A DNA stretch of 45,020 bases from Candidatus Saccharimonadota bacterium (GCA_025924835.1 JAICHO010000004.1:1-45020); one strand, 5' to 3'. Positions 1-10,524 are shown, numbered from the stretch's first letter. Made by a program: numbers and translations. The notes: generated by a model not told the origin, from the sequence alone.

Positions 1-105
1 GTTATCGTAGAGACCCGCCCAATCAGCAAGCGCAAGAGCCACAAGCTTTCTCAAATCGTTGAGCGTGCCGGTGTTACCCACACCGAAAAGGAGACGGAAG
101 TATGA
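1..105 (+). CDS. rpsQ: 30S ribosomal protein S17, C-terminal part (5' truncated by window)
   Basis: Frame 1 reads [23 protein letters not shown]...*, with the S17 ETRPISKxK motif; lies directly upstream of rplN. Confidence 0.93.
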   Translation, partial: VIVETRPISKRKSHKLSQIVERAGVTHTEKETEV

Positions 106-470
106 TTCAACAAGAAACCCGTCTCGTAGTTTGTGACAACAGTGGTGCAAAAGAAATCCTTTGTATCCGTGTCCTTGGTGGTACGCGCCGTCGTTACGCG
201 CGCGTAGGGGATACAATAGTGGCTACAGTTAAAGAGGCCAGCCCGACAGGAAATGTTAAGAAAAAATCCGTGGTACGCGCTGTTGTTGTCCGCACTAGGG
301 ACGCCTTGCAACGCAAGGACGGGTCTGCAATCCGATTTGACGATAATGCGGCAGTTATTATTGGGGAAGATAAACTACCCAAAGCAACACGTATTTTTGG
401 CCCTGTTCCCCGCGAACTGCGCGATCAAGGTTATGCCAAGATCATTAGTTTAGCACCGGAGGTACTGTAA
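102..470 (+). CDS. rplN: 50S ribosomal protein L14
   Basis: [17 protein letters not shown]...[11 protein letters not shown]...IISLAPEVL, typical uL14. Confidence 0.99.
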   Translation: MIQQETRLVVCDNSGAKEILCIRVLGGTRRRYARVGDTIVATVKEASPTGNVKKKSVVRAVVVRTRDALQRKDGSAIRFDDNAAVIIGEDKLPKATRIFGPVPRELRDQGYAKIISLAPEVL

Positions 471-817
471 TGAATAACCTCCCCGCGGCTAAAACTATAA
501 GCAAAATTCGTCTTAAAAAAGGCGACACGGTCGTAGTGCTTTCGGGTAAGTATAAAGGCAAAACAGGCAAGGTCAGCGCCACGCATCCTAACCAGAATAA
601 AGTAACCATAGACGGTATAAATATCGTTAAACGTCACACTAAACCCAACCGTGCTTATCCGCAAGGCGGCATTATTGAAACGACCAAACCACTGTGGGCA
701 AGTAAGGTAGCTATCTATGAACCTACTACCAAAAAACCAACTAAAATCGGCTACAAGCTTGATAAAGATGGTAAAAAGATGCGGATCTATAAGTCCACTG
801 GCAAGGAGATGAAGTAA
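470..817 (+). CDS. rplX: 50S ribosomal protein L24
   Basis: KOW motif LKKGDTVVVLSGKYKGKTG; spc operon order. Confidence 0.98.
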   Translation: MNNLPAAKTISKIRLKKGDTVVVLSGKYKGKTGKVSATHPNQNKVTIDGINIVKRHTKPNRAYPQGGIIETTKPLWASKVAIYEPTTKKPTKIGYKLDKDGKKMRIYKSTGKEMK

Positions 818-1428
818 TGGTAGATACAGCCTTAAAGGCACGAAGTCCTAAAAAAGCTGCCATAACCAATCAAGGCAATGCTCGACTTAAGGTATTATAT
901 AACCAACAGTACGTCAAAGAATTGATAGATGAATTAGGGTTAATTAATCCTAATCAAGTACCGCGTCTTGAAAAAGTCGTCATAAACATTGGCTTGGGAA
1001 AGGCTAAAGACGATAAAAAAGTCATGGAAACGGCGGCCAATACACTAAAGAAAATTACCGGGCAACAACCAATTGATACCATCTCAAAACTGTCAATTGC
1101 AGGCTTCAAATTACGTGAAGGTACGAAGATTGGGCTTAAAGTCACACTACGCGGCGAAAAAATGTATGAATTTACCGATCGCTTAATAAATATCGTCCTG
1201 CCACGGCTACGCGACTTTCATGGTGTTAAGGCGAAGGCCTTTGATAAATCAGGTAATTACAGTATCGGGTTAACCGACCAATCAGTGTTCCCTGAGTTAA
1301 CATTTGAAGAAACAACTACGGCGCACGGATTGCAAGCAGTGTTTGTAATCCGGTGTCATGAGCAAAGCCACGCTAAAGCACTGCTGACCAAATTTGGAAT
1401 GCCATTTGATAAGAAGGAGACAAAATAA
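817..1428 (+). CDS. rplE: 50S ribosomal protein L5
   Basis: [33 protein letters not shown] motifs. Confidence 0.99.
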   Translation: MVDTALKARSPKKAAITNQGNARLKVLYNQQYVKELIDELGLINPNQVPRLEKVVINIGLGKAKDDKKVMETAANTLKKITGQQPIDTISKLSIAGFKLREGTKIGLKVTLRGEKMYEFTDRLINIVLPRLRDFHGVKAKAFDKSGNYSIGLTDQSVFPELTFEETTTAHGLQAVFVIRCHEQSHAKALLTKFGMPFDKKETK

Positions 1429-1697
1429 TGGCCAAGAAATCTATGATAGCTAGAGATGAAAAACGAAAACGGATGATCTTACAATATGCCGCTAAACGCG
1501 CCGAGCTCAAGGCTATGGGCGATCGGGTAGGTTTGCACCTGTTGCCACGCAATAGCTCCCCGACTCGTCATAAAAACCGCTGCTCCGAAACAGGCAGACC
1601 GCGTGCGTATATGCGACAATTCGGCTTGAACCGTTTATCATTCCGGGAACACGCTTCTAAAGGCGAAATCCCGGGCGTAACTAAGGCTAGTTGGTAG
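1428..1697 (+). CDS. rpsN: 30S ribosomal protein S14 (long, Zn-independent C- type)
   Basis: MAKKSMIAR...[21 protein letters not shown]...PGVTKASW; 89 aa with a single Cys. Confidence 0.98.
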   Translation: MAKKSMIARDEKRKRMILQYAAKRAELKAMGDRVGLHLLPRNSSPTRHKNRCSETGRPRAYMRQFGLNRLSFREHASKGEIPGVTKASW

Positions 1698-1708
1698 AAA
1701 GGAGCATT

Positions 1709-2110
1709 ATGTCTGTAGTTTCAACTGATCCAATAGCCGATATGCTTACACGAATCCGAAACGCCCTTGCTGTTAATAAGCAGGAAATCGTATTGCCTCA
1801 CTCCAAAGCCAAAGAAGCAGTTGCGCGTTTGCTTAAATCGTGTCAGTACATTGACGCCGTCAAAGTAACCGATGCCAAGATCGGCAAATCACTCACGCTT
1901 GTTCTGTATAGCTCTGATTCAAATTCCCGAATAACTGAAATTGTACGGCTTAGTAAGCCAGGACGCCGCTTGTATAGTTCCGCCGATAAAATACCGAGCG
2001 TTAAGCAGGGCCGCGGTATTGTCATCGTAAGCACCAGCAAGGGCATCATGACCGGCTATGACGCACGCAAACAGAAGGTTGGCGGCGAATTAATTTGTAA
2101 GGTCTATTAA
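1709..2110 (+). CDS. rpsH: 30S ribosomal protein S8
   Basis: TDPIADMLTRIRNA...SKPGRRLY...GGELICKVY. Start moved to ATG 1709, which follows an AAGGAG SD. Confidence 0.98.
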   Translation: MSVVSTDPIADMLTRIRNALAVNKQEIVLPHSKAKEAVARLLKSCQYIDAVKVTDAKIGKSLTLVLYSSDSNSRITEIVRLSKPGRRLYSSADKIPSVKQGRGIVIVSTSKGIMTGYDARKQKVGGELICKVY

Positions 2111-2248
2111 ATGAATTTTCTTGTTACTCATCCTAGCGCAGTATATCTGGCAATTAATGCCATCCAACTGCTAACACAGGTAGCTATAGCAACGGCACTT
2201 ATACATATAGCGATGAGCCTCAGTAAATGTAATAAAAGAGAGAGTTAA
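2111..2248 (+). CDS. Putative 45-aa hydrophobic small protein (not in ORF track)
   Basis: ATG immediately after the rpsH stop; MNFLVTHPSAVYLAINAIQLLTQVAIATALIHIAMSLSKCNKRES*. Fills the rpsH-rplF gap, ending 2 nt before rplF. Hydrophobic segment plus basic tail. Confidence 0.55.
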   Translation: MNFLVTHPSAVYLAINAIQLLTQVAIATALIHIAMSLSKCNKRES

Positions 2249-2250
2249 TT

Positions 2251-2790
2251 ATGAGTCGTATAGGAAAACTACCGGTGGCAATACCGTCGGGCGTGACAAT
2301 CACTGTCGACCAAGACACTATAATTGTAAATGGCAGTAAAGGTTCTTTAACCCAGTTTACGATGCCAGGTCTCGGCGTAAAGATTGAAGACAATCAAATT
2401 GTAGTAAGTCGCGAGAACGATGAGCCTATGAACCGTGCCAAGCACGGACTCATGCGGGCCTTAATAAATAATATGGTAATCGGGGTTTCGACCGGTTTTA
2501 CCAAACAACTTGAGATTAATGGTGTTGGCTATCGTGTGGCCATGGCAGGGAATGGTCTTAAGTTGAACCTTGGCTTTTCACACGATGTAAACTATGCTCT
2601 GCCGGCCGGCATTACAGCCACCGTAGAACAGAATATAATCACGATTAGTGGTATAAGTAAGCAACAGGTTGGTCAAGCAGCAGCTGAAATTCGGGCGCTT
2701 AAGAAGCCTGAACCTTACAAAGGCAAAGGTATTAAGTATGTCGGTGAACGCATTATTCGTAAAAGCGGTAAATCAGGTAAGGACAAATAG
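2251..2790 (+). CDS. rplF: 50S ribosomal protein L6
   Basis: MSRIGKLPV...GVGYR...PEPYKGKGIKY. Confidence 0.99.
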   Translation: MSRIGKLPVAIPSGVTITVDQDTIIVNGSKGSLTQFTMPGLGVKIEDNQIVVSRENDEPMNRAKHGLMRALINNMVIGVSTGFTKQLEINGVGYRVAMAGNGLKLNLGFSHDVNYALPAGITATVEQNIITISGISKQQVGQAAAEIRALKKPEPYKGKGIKYVGERIIRKSGKSGKDK

Positions 2791-2793
2791 ACC

Positions 2794-3150
2794 ATGGAAA
2801 GACTTAAGCAAAAGGTACAAAATCTGGCGCGCCGAAAACACCGCGTACGTTCACGCGTTAGCGGAACGACTATACGCCCCCGTTTAACTGTATTCATAAG
2901 TAACTTGCATATTACCGCACAAATTATTGATGACGAAAAGCACAGCACATTGGTGTACGCTACGACGGTTGGCAATAAAACCGCAAGCGGCAACATGACT
3001 GAGCGGGCACAAGCAGTAGGGACAGATATAGCTAAGAAGGCAAAAACGGCAAAAATTTCGCGAGTTGTATTTGACCGAAATGGCCGCATTTATCATGGCC
3101 GCATTAAAGCTCTGGCTGAAGCAGCCCGAGCGGGAGGATTGGAGTTTTAA
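2794..3150 (+). CDS. rplR: 50S ribosomal protein L18
   Basis: RPRLTVFISN...VVFDRNGRIYHGRIKALAEAARAGGLEF. Confidence 0.98.
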   Translation: MERLKQKVQNLARRKHRVRSRVSGTTIRPRLTVFISNLHITAQIIDDEKHSTLVYATTVGNKTASGNMTERAQAVGTDIAKKAKTAKISRVVFDRNGRIYHGRIKALAEAARAGGLEF

Positions 3151-3151
3151 T

Positions 3152-3724
3152 ATGGCTGAATTTGGACAAAACCAGGGACGCGATAATCGCCGCGGACGCA
3201 ACGATATGCCGCCAGAAGAAAAGCAATTTGACGAACGAGTCGTCCATATTGACCGTGTCGCGCGAGTTGTTAAAGGCGGACGGCGCTTCCGTTTCCGAGC
3301 TCTTGTCGTAGTAGGAGATCACAAAGGTAAAGTTGGTATTGGTATTTCAAAAGGTGCTGACGTAACTACGGCGGTCACTAAAGCCGTTGAAGTTGCCAAG
3401 AAAAATTTTGTTCAGATCCACCTAGTGAATGACACTATTCCCCATGAAGCTGAAGTCAAGGTGGGCGGCGCACGTATATTTATTAAGCCGGCCTCAGTTG
3501 GTACTGGACTTATCGCCGGTGGTGTCGTTCGTACTGTACTGGAAGTGGCAGGAATCCATAATGTTCTATCTAAATCCTTAGGCTCAACCAATAAGATTAA
3601 TACGGCGTACGCCACACTAGCAGCCTTACAAGCTGTTGAACATCCTGATAAGTGGATAACCAAGCAACGGCGCGGCACAAAGAAGACAGAAAATGTTAAG
3701 CAAAAAGCTGAGGTCGTATCATGA
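3152..3724 (+). CDS. rpsE: 30S ribosomal protein S5
   Basis: RVARVVKGGRRFRFRALVVVGD...GTGLIAGG. Start moved to ATG 3152, which follows GGAG. Confidence 0.98.
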   Translation: MAEFGQNQGRDNRRGRNDMPPEEKQFDERVVHIDRVARVVKGGRRFRFRALVVVGDHKGKVGIGISKGADVTTAVTKAVEVAKKNFVQIHLVNDTIPHEAEVKVGGARIFIKPASVGTGLIAGGVVRTVLEVAGIHNVLSKSLGSTNKINTAYATLAALQAVEHPDKWITKQRRGTKKTENVKQKAEVVS

Positions 3725-4194
3725 AATATCACGAACTAATCATTACCGCCAATCATGGTGGTAAGCGAGTTGGACGCGGCATTTCTGCGGGGCAAGGGAA
3801 AACGGCGGGTCGCGGTACCAAAGGTCAAAAATCCCGTACCGGTAAAGGCCGTCGTCCAGGATTTGAAGGTGGGCAGAACCCACTCATGCAAAGATTGCCA
3901 AAGCTCAGGGGTTTCAGGGCGATCAACCCGGCAGCCGAAACTGTTTATACCGGTCAATTAAACGATCTTGGCGTCAACATAGATAACTTTACTTTAGCCG
4001 ACGCGGGTTTGGTATCGTCACCATATGTCCGGGTTAAGCTGATTGTTAAGGGTGACCTGAAAAAAAAGATGAATGTTAAATTACAGGCAGCGAGCATCAC
4101 GGCCACTGAAGCATTGCAAAAAGTCGGCGGTACATTTACTGCGACACCGCAGGTCAAACGTACTAGCCAAGAAAAGACCGACAAGCCACAATAG
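3721..4194 (+). CDS. rplO: 50S ribosomal protein L15
   Basis: RVGRGISAGQGKTAGRGTKGQKSR...GFEGGQNPLMQRLPK. Overlaps the rpsE stop, so there is no rpmD between them. Confidence 0.98.
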   Translation: MKYHELIITANHGGKRVGRGISAGQGKTAGRGTKGQKSRTGKGRRPGFEGGQNPLMQRLPKLRGFRAINPAAETVYTGQLNDLGVNIDNFTLADAGLVSSPYVRVKLIVKGDLKKKMNVKLQAASITATEALQKVGGTFTATPQVKRTSQEKTDKPQ

Positions 4195-4249
4195 TCTTTC
4201 TGCAATTACAAACCACCATTCTTGATAAACTACCAATGCGTAGGGAGCC

Positions 4250-6055
4250 ATGGCAGTTAACTTTATTCAGTCAAAACGTGATAAGCAATTAACCCGCGAA
4301 ATCCATCGTATATTTTGGCGCGGTCATTTGCTGGATAAACCACGTTTATTCATAGGGCTTGTAGCACGAGTAATTGCCTTTAGCATCTACCATGTTCTAT
4401 TGCCTCTGATCAGCGCTTTTGGCGTACAAGCGATTTTGACCGGCAATATTACCCGGGTACATTATTATGCGCTAGTATTATTGTTGTTGTCGGCAGCTTA
4501 CTGTTTGTTTTTTACGATCGGGCAAACCATGATAGCCCGCGACGGTATTACGGCCCTAAAATATGTACAACAATTGGTATATGGTAACTTCCTGGAAAAA
4601 GATTACGAATTTTATAGTAATTCGTACATTGGCTCTCTGGGAGCGCAGGCAGCCAGGTTACGTGATGCGTGTAGTGCCTACGGAGAAATGGTTACCTTGT
4701 CCATCCCCAAACAAGCCACTATTGTCATTAGCTCTATAGCTGTTATAGCCTGGCAATCATGGCTTTTAGCAGGCATAACACTTCTCGCTATGCTTGTCAT
4801 TCTCAGCTTTACGCTTGTAACAAGTACCTGGAGACTTAAATATAGGCGCCAAACCAGCGAAGCCAGCAGCCGAGTAGCTTCGCAAATCGGCGATGCCTTA
4901 ACGCACGCCCAGGCTGTTAAGAGCTTCGCGAATGAAGCTAAGGAAAAAGAAGGGCTTAAGCGGCCATTAGAGACCTTCGGCGAGGTTCAGTATAGGTCAT
5001 GGATGGCGGCTGTACCGGCTGATAATGGCAGAATGCTCTTAGCTTCTGCCACAACGGCGGTGTTGCTTATTGTTTCGGCGCGGCTGTATCAACAGCACGC
5101 TATAACAATTATAATCGTCGTTTTAATTCAGTTGTACGTCATTAAGCTGGTCGCTGCGACTATCGATATTGCTGAAATTATCAAGCGCTACGAGGAAATC
5201 ATGGGGATGGCATATGAGCCAGTAAAGACCATGTTGTTAAAACCAACAGTTAACGACCCTGTTAAATTTGCAAAATTGAACCTAAACGGCGACTACAAGC
5301 TGGAAATAAAAGACGTTACCTACCATTATCCGGACGCGGCGGTGGGTGATAATGCCATTAGTCAGCTATCGCTAATTGTAGAAAAAGGCGAAAAAATTGG
5401 TCTAGTGGGCTATTCCGGCAGTGGCAAAACCACACTAACCAAACTTATCTTACGCTTTATGGATGTAACGAATGGTTCCGTTGAGCTGGCCGGCACGGAT
5501 ATACGCAAACTTCGCCAACAAGAACTGCGTAATCTCATTGCGTACGTACCACAAGAGCCAATTTTGTTTCATCGAACAATAGCCGAGAACATACAGTATG
5601 GTAAACCGACAGCTACGCAGAAAATGATTTTAGATGCGGCGCAACAAGCCTATGTGGACGAGTTTGTAAGCACACTGCCAAAAAGGTATGAAACGCAGGT
5701 TGGCGAACGCGGCGTAAAATTGTCGGGCGGACAACGTCAACGCGTTGCGATTGCCAGAGCTCTTTTAAAAGACGCTCCCATTTTACTGCTCGATGAGGCC
5801 ACTAGCGCGCTGGACAGTAAAAGTGAGAAATTTATTCAAGACGCTCTCTGGAAACTTATGAAAAACAAGACCGCGCTTGTAATCGCTCATCGCCTCAGCA
5901 CCGTCCAGCGTATGGACCGAATTTTGGTAATGGACAAAGGTCGGATTGTCCAGTCTGGCACGCATGAAGAACTCAAAAGTCAGCCAGGTATATACGCCGA
6001 CCTCTGGGAGCATCAAAGCGGCGGTTATTTGGGCGGTAGTATACTTAATGCGTAA
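4250..6055 (+). CDS. ABC exporter, fused TMD + ATPase (MsbA/MdlB-like)
   Basis: N-terminal TM helices; Walker A GYSGSGKT, signature LSGGQRQR, Walker B LLLDEATSALD, AHRLST. Confidence 0.95.
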   Translation: MAVNFIQSKRDKQLTREIHRIFWRGHLLDKPRLFIGLVARVIAFSIYHVLLPLISAFGVQAILTGNITRVHYYALVLLLLSAAYCLFFTIGQTMIARDGITALKYVQQLVYGNFLEKDYEFYSNSYIGSLGAQAARLRDACSAYGEMVTLSIPKQATIVISSIAVIAWQSWLLAGITLLAMLVILSFTLVTSTWRLKYRRQTSEASSRVASQIGDALTHAQAVKSFANEAKEKEGLKRPLETFGEVQYRSWMAAVPADNGRMLLASATTAVLLIVSARLYQQHAITIIIVVLIQLYVIKLVAATIDIAEIIKRYEEIMGMAYEPVKTMLLKPTVNDPVKFAKLNLNGDYKLEIKDVTYHYPDAAVGDNAISQLSLIVEKGEKIGLVGYSGSGKTTLTKLILRFMDVTNGSVELAGTDIRKLRQQELRNLIAYVPQEPILFHRTIAENIQYGKPTATQKMILDAAQQAYVDEFVSTLPKRYETQVGERGVKLSGGQRQRVAIARALLKDAPILLLDEATSALDSKSEKFIQDALWKLMKNKTALVIAHRLSTVQRMDRILVMDKGRIVQSGTHEELKSQPGIYADLWEHQSGGYLGGSILNA

Positions 6056-6150
6056 CTTTTACATCACGTAAATGTTAGAAACTGTTAACCAAATCTTGTA
6101 TACTTAGTGACAGTTTTTACGGTTAACCATCAAAGAGAGATACTAAAGAT

Positions 6151-7641
6151 ATGAGTTGGAAAGTAATCTGGGCTTCCTTAAAGAGCAGTGATATGCGCAA
6201 GCGTATCTTAGCGGTGTTAGGCATGTTGCTAGTTTTCCGTATTCTGGCCCATATCCCCATTCCTTTGAGTAACCCGCAGACTCTGCGACAAGTTTTACAA
6301 AACTTGTTTACCAGTTCAAAGAATACTTCACTGCTGAGCTTTATAGACGTTCTATCTGGTGGTGCTTTAGCTAACTTTTCAATAATGTTGGTGGGGCTAG
6401 GGCCGTATATTAATGCTTCCATTATTATTCAACTATTGACCAAAGCTATACCGCAGCTGGAAAACCTTAATAACGAAGGCGAATACGGCCGGAAGAAAAT
6501 CAACCAATATACTCGTATGTTGACATTTCCGCTCGCACTTATACAGTCAGTCGGCGCTATATATTTGGTACGTGCCCAAGCCCAGCAAATTGGTGGCATC
6601 GGCGACATTACCGCCAACACCTCACTGTGGCAATGGGCGCTTATGGTGGCCGCGCTTACTGGTGGCGCCATGATTTTGATGTGGCTCGGCGAACTCATTA
6701 CGGAACAAAGTGTCGGCAATGGTATTTCACTTATTATTACCGTCGGTATTGTAAGCCGACTACCGGGTACTATAAGCAGTATAGTCACCTCAGTTGTTGA
6801 TAAGGGCAGTAAGCTGGTGGTATTTGGTAAAACGTTGCCCATTAATAAACAAGCCCTGATCTATGGTCTGATAATTGCAGCAGTCGTCATAGTGGTAACC
6901 ATACTTATAGTCAAACTGAATGAAGCAGCCCGCAATATAACCATACATTACGCCAAACGCGTTCAAGGTAATCGAACGTACGGCGGAGTAACAACCATAC
7001 TGCCGATAAAACTTATAACCGCCGGCGTTATCCCTATAATTTTTGCGGTCGCATTCCTGAGTGTTCCCAGTTTTGCGGGTCAGCTCTTCGCAGCGTCCCA
7101 CAGTATGCGCTTGCAGCATATAGGATCTACCTTAGTGCAGTGGTTTCAAACACCCAGTGCCAGCACGTTTGCGGCACCTGGTTGGACTCCATACATTTAT
7201 CCTATCGTTTATTTTGTGCTGGTATTTGTTTTTACATTCTTCTACACCAGTATTACATTTAATGCCAAGGAGATTGCCGAAAATCTGCAAAAGCAAGGTG
7301 GATTTATAGCTGACGTCCGCTCGGGGCTGCAAACTGAAAAGTACCTGTCAAAGATCGTAAACCGCCTAACACTGTTTGGTGCCATAAGTTTAGGCCTATT
7401 AGCATTGTTGCCCATCCTGGGCCAGGTATTCCTGAAAACCAATATTGCTATTGGCGGAACAAGTATATTGATTCTGGTATCAGTCGCATTAGAAACCCTC
7501 CGATCCATAGAATCACGTGCCCTGATGGTAACCTATGATCAATATGAGCAACCGGATTTCTTCTATGATAGCGATGCGCCCGCATTAGCTGCCACCGGCG
7601 CTAAACGCCTCCGGTTTTTGTCACGTAAAAAGCGAAAATAA
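6151..7641 (+). CDS. secY: Preprotein translocase subunit SecY
   Basis: GLGPYINASIIIQLL, WLGELITEQSVGNGISLII, AGVIPIIFA, IGGTSILILVSVALET. Confidence 0.99.
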   Translation: MSWKVIWASLKSSDMRKRILAVLGMLLVFRILAHIPIPLSNPQTLRQVLQNLFTSSKNTSLLSFIDVLSGGALANFSIMLVGLGPYINASIIIQLLTKAIPQLENLNNEGEYGRKKINQYTRMLTFPLALIQSVGAIYLVRAQAQQIGGIGDITANTSLWQWALMVAALTGGAMILMWLGELITEQSVGNGISLIITVGIVSRLPGTISSIVTSVVDKGSKLVVFGKTLPINKQALIYGLIIAAVVIVVTILIVKLNEAARNITIHYAKRVQGNRTYGGVTTILPIKLITAGVIPIIFAVAFLSVPSFAGQLFAASHSMRLQHIGSTLVQWFQTPSASTFAAPGWTPYIYPIVYFVLVFVFTFFYTSITFNAKEIAENLQKQGGFIADVRSGLQTEKYLSKIVNRLTLFGAISLGLLALLPILGQVFLKTNIAIGGTSILILVSVALETLRSIESRALMVTYDQYEQPDFFYDSDAPALAATGAKRLRFLSRKKRK

Positions 7642-7716
7642 CAACACCTGGTTTAATCTGAAAAACTCCTTTACAAGCTCTTGACTTGTCTGATATACTT
7701 ATACCTTGTTATATCT

Positions 7717-7935
7717 ATGGCGAATAAAGAGGTAATCGAACTTGCGGGAACGGTGGTCGAGGCCTTGCCTGGAACCCAATTTCGTGTAGAACTCGAAAAT
7801 GGCCATAAGATCATAGCTCATGTCGCCGGAAAGATGCGAAAACATTATATTCGCCTTGTACCCGGGGATAGCGTAACGGTTGAGTTGACCCCTTACGATC
7901 TTACTAAGGGCAGAATCACCTATCGCAAATCGTGA
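7717..7935 (+). CDS. infA: Translation initiation factor IF-1
   Basis: [30 protein letters not shown]...[12 protein letters not shown]; ATG at 7717. Confidence 0.98.
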   Translation: MANKEVIELAGTVVEALPGTQFRVELENGHKIIAHVAGKMRKHYIRLVPGDSVTVELTPYDLTKGRITYRKS

Positions 7936-8002
7936 ACATTTACACGGAATATAAATTTAAGCAGTGTGTCATTCACTGGGAACCCAAAGGAGAATGATCC
8001 GC

Positions 8003-8119
8003 ATGAAAGTGCGTGCTAGTGTCAAAAAGATTAGTCCTGACGATAAGATTGTGCGCCGCAAAGGGCGTATTTACGTTATAAACAAACTTAAGCCCAAGCA
8101 TAAGCAGCGGCAGGGATAA
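8003..8119 (+). CDS. rpmJ: 50S ribosomal protein L36 (Cys-free; not in ORF track)
   Basis: [38 protein letters not shown]; AAGGAG SD upstream; lies between infA and rpsM. Confidence 0.97.
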   Translation: MKVRASVKKISPDDKIVRRKGRIYVINKLKPKHKQRQG

Positions 8120-8124
8120 AGCAT

Positions 8125-8511
8125 ATGGCACGTATATCTGGTATAACCATTCCTGACAACAAGCAGATCAACGTATCGCTGACGTATGTGTACGGAATTG
8201 GACCAAAATCATCGTTTGATATATTAAAGAACGCTAACGTTGAACCAACTACGAGGGTCAAGAACTTGACCGATAGCGAGGTTGCTGCCATTCAGGATAT
8301 TATCAATGAAAAATACATGGTTGAAGGCGAGCTGCAACGAGTCGTGGCAACTAATGTGAAACGACTAAAGGATATCGGCAGTTACCGTGGTTTACGCCAC
8401 AAAAACAGCCTCCCCAGCCGTGGTCAGCGTACGCGTACAAATGCACGAACCCGCCGTGGCAAAAAGACAGCCGTAGGCGGCTCGCAACCTAAGTCAGCGT
8501 CGAAGACATAA
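8125..8511 (+). CDS. rpsM: 30S ribosomal protein S13
   Basis: MARISGI...LTYVYGIG...YRGLRH..LPSRGQRTRTNARTR. Confidence 0.99.
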   Translation: MARISGITIPDNKQINVSLTYVYGIGPKSSFDILKNANVEPTTRVKNLTDSEVAAIQDIINEKYMVEGELQRVVATNVKRLKDIGSYRGLRHKNSLPSRGQRTRTNARTRRGKKTAVGGSQPKSASKT

Positions 8512-8522
8512 GGAATAAATAT

Positions 8523-8936
8523 ATGGCAGAACCAACAACTACTACATCCCCATCCCCAGCTCCCAAGAAGAAGAAATCTAAGCGTTCAGTACCAACTGGC
8601 CAGGTACACATTTTGGCTACATTTAATAACACGATTATTACCTTTACCGACAACAATGGGGGCTCATTAGCCGCCTCGTCTGCTGGCGCCTGTGGATTTA
8701 GAGGCTCCAAAAAAGGCACCGCTTATGCCGCTCAGGTTGCTGCGGAAAAAGCCGGTCAAATCGTTAAACAAATGCACGGGCTGAATAAGGTTGACGTATA
8801 CATCAAAGGCATCGGGCTGGGCCGCGAAGCCGCTGTTCGCAGTTTGCAGAACCTAGACATTCACGTTGATTCTATTAAGGACGTAACTACCGTTCCGCAT
8901 GGTGGAGTACGCCCTAAGAAAGCTCGGAGGGTCTAG
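8523..8936 (+). CDS. rpsK: 30S ribosomal protein S11
   Basis: ATFNNTIITFTD...GFRGSKKGTAYAAQ...DVTTVPHGGVRPKKARRV. Confidence 0.99.
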   Translation: MAEPTTTTSPSPAPKKKKSKRSVPTGQVHILATFNNTIITFTDNNGGSLAASSAGACGFRGSKKGTAYAAQVAAEKAGQIVKQMHGLNKVDVYIKGIGLGREAAVRSLQNLDIHVDSIKDVTTVPHGGVRPKKARRV

Positions 8937-8939
8937 CAT

Positions 8940-9560
8940 ATGGCACGCGATACCGGATCAATTGTAAAAATGAGCCGCCGAGAAGGCTACGCTTTGCACC
9001 CCAAGGCTCATAAAGCACTCGTTAAACGCAGTACGATGCCGGGCCAAGTCACAACTGGGCGTGGCTCACGCAACAAGGCAAGCCAATATTCATTGCAGCT
9101 GCGCGAAAAGCAAAAGGTCAAAAGATTGTACGGACTACTGGAACGGCAATTCGCGAAGCTTATGGCCGAGGCCTCCCGTAAACAGGGGCAGTCAGGTGAA
9201 TCACTGCTGCAATTTCTAGAGCTTCGCGCTGATAATGCCGTGTACCGGGCCGGTTTGGCGACATCACGGCGTGCCGCCCGTCAGCTGGTTACCCATGGTC
9301 ATTTTATGCTTAATGATCGCCGGGTTGATATACCGTCTATTCGCTTAAGAACCGGTGATGTTTTAGTTGTGCGGACGCACAGTAAACAAACTGAATACTT
9401 TAAGAAAATTGAGGATGTAAGCCCCGCCCCAACAAGTTTACCCGGCTGGCTTAAAACTGATCGCAAGAAACTGGCTATCACTATCACTGGCGTTCCAACG
9501 CGGGAAGAAGCAGAACCAGATATCAATGAGCAACTAATTGTTGAGTACTACTCACGCTAA
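8940..9560 (+). CDS. rpsD: 30S ribosomal protein S4
   Basis: QLREKQKVKRLYGLLERQF...ARQLVTHGHF...EQLIVEYYSR. Confidence 0.99.
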   Translation: MARDTGSIVKMSRREGYALHPKAHKALVKRSTMPGQVTTGRGSRNKASQYSLQLREKQKVKRLYGLLERQFAKLMAEASRKQGQSGESLLQFLELRADNAVYRAGLATSRRAARQLVTHGHFMLNDRRVDIPSIRLRTGDVLVVRTHSKQTEYFKKIEDVSPAPTSLPGWLKTDRKKLAITITGVPTREEAEPDINEQLIVEYYSR

Positions 9561-9580
9561 CCCGAGGAGGGCAATAACTT

Positions 9581-10522
9581 ATGTCAAAAATCATTCACAC
9601 ACCTGGAGTCGTACACGTTGACGAGCACACCGCCAATAGCGCTACCTTTACCATCGAACCCCTGCACACCGGCTACGGTATGACACTAGGTAACAGCTTA
9701 CGGCGCGTTCTGTTGTCTTCTATATCAGGTGCTGCAGTTACCTCCTTTAAGATAGAGGGAGTGACACATGAATTTACTACTGTTAAGGGAGTGAAAGAAG
9801 ATGCTGTAGATATCATGCTTAATCTTAAGAGCATTCGCTTCCGTGTTTTTGGAAACGACGCTCAAAACCTGCGTATTGTAACCCAAGGCAAGGGCGTTGT
9901 TACTGCTGCGGACATACAAACCAATGCTGACGTAGAAATCGTTAACCCCGATCAAATCATTGCCACCATTGATGATGACAAAGCCAAATTTGTGATGGAC
10001 CTGGTGGTTGAAACCGGCCGTGGGTACCGCACTATAGAAGAAGGTACCGCTAAAAAAGCCAGTGATATGATTGCCCTTGACGCTATTTTCAGCCCGGTTG
10101 TACGCGTTCGCTACAAGGTTGAAAATACCCGTGTTGGCCAAATGACCGATTTGGACAAATTGCTGCTTACGGTAGATACCGATAACTCCATCACTCCCCG
10201 CGACGCTTTTGAAGAAGCGGCTGCTATCCTCGTAAATCAATACACGGCGCTAGCAGGTCAGACGCGCGTAGAAACATCGGCACCACTTACTGCTGGTTCG
10301 GACGCTACCGATACCAAAGACGGCGATGAACCAGCCGAACTCATGACTCCCATCGAGGACCTTAATCTATCGGCACGTACAACAAACGCGCTTATCAACA
10401 ATGATATTCACACCTTAAAGGACCTCTTCTCTTTAAGCGATATTGAGTTGCGCGAACTAAAAGGTTTTGGCAGCAAAGCCTTAGATGAAGTCAAAGAAAA
10501 AATGGCGGAGTTGGAGATTTAA
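9581..10522 (+). CDS. rpoA: RNA polymerase alpha subunit
   Basis: EPLHTGYGMTLGNSLRRVLLSS, RVGQMTDLDKL, CTD IEDLNLSARTTNAL. Confidence 0.99.
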   Translation: MSKIIHTPGVVHVDEHTANSATFTIEPLHTGYGMTLGNSLRRVLLSSISGAAVTSFKIEGVTHEFTTVKGVKEDAVDIMLNLKSIRFRVFGNDAQNLRIVTQGKGVVTAADIQTNADVEIVNPDQIIATIDDDKAKFVMDLVVETGRGYRTIEEGTAKKASDMIALDAIFSPVVRVRYKVENTRVGQMTDLDKLLLTVDTDNSITPRDAFEEAAAILVNQYTALAGQTRVETSAPLTAGSDATDTKDGDEPAELMTPIEDLNLSARTTNALINNDIHTLKDLFSLSDIELRELKGFGSKALDEVKEKMAELEI

Positions 10523-10524
10523 TT

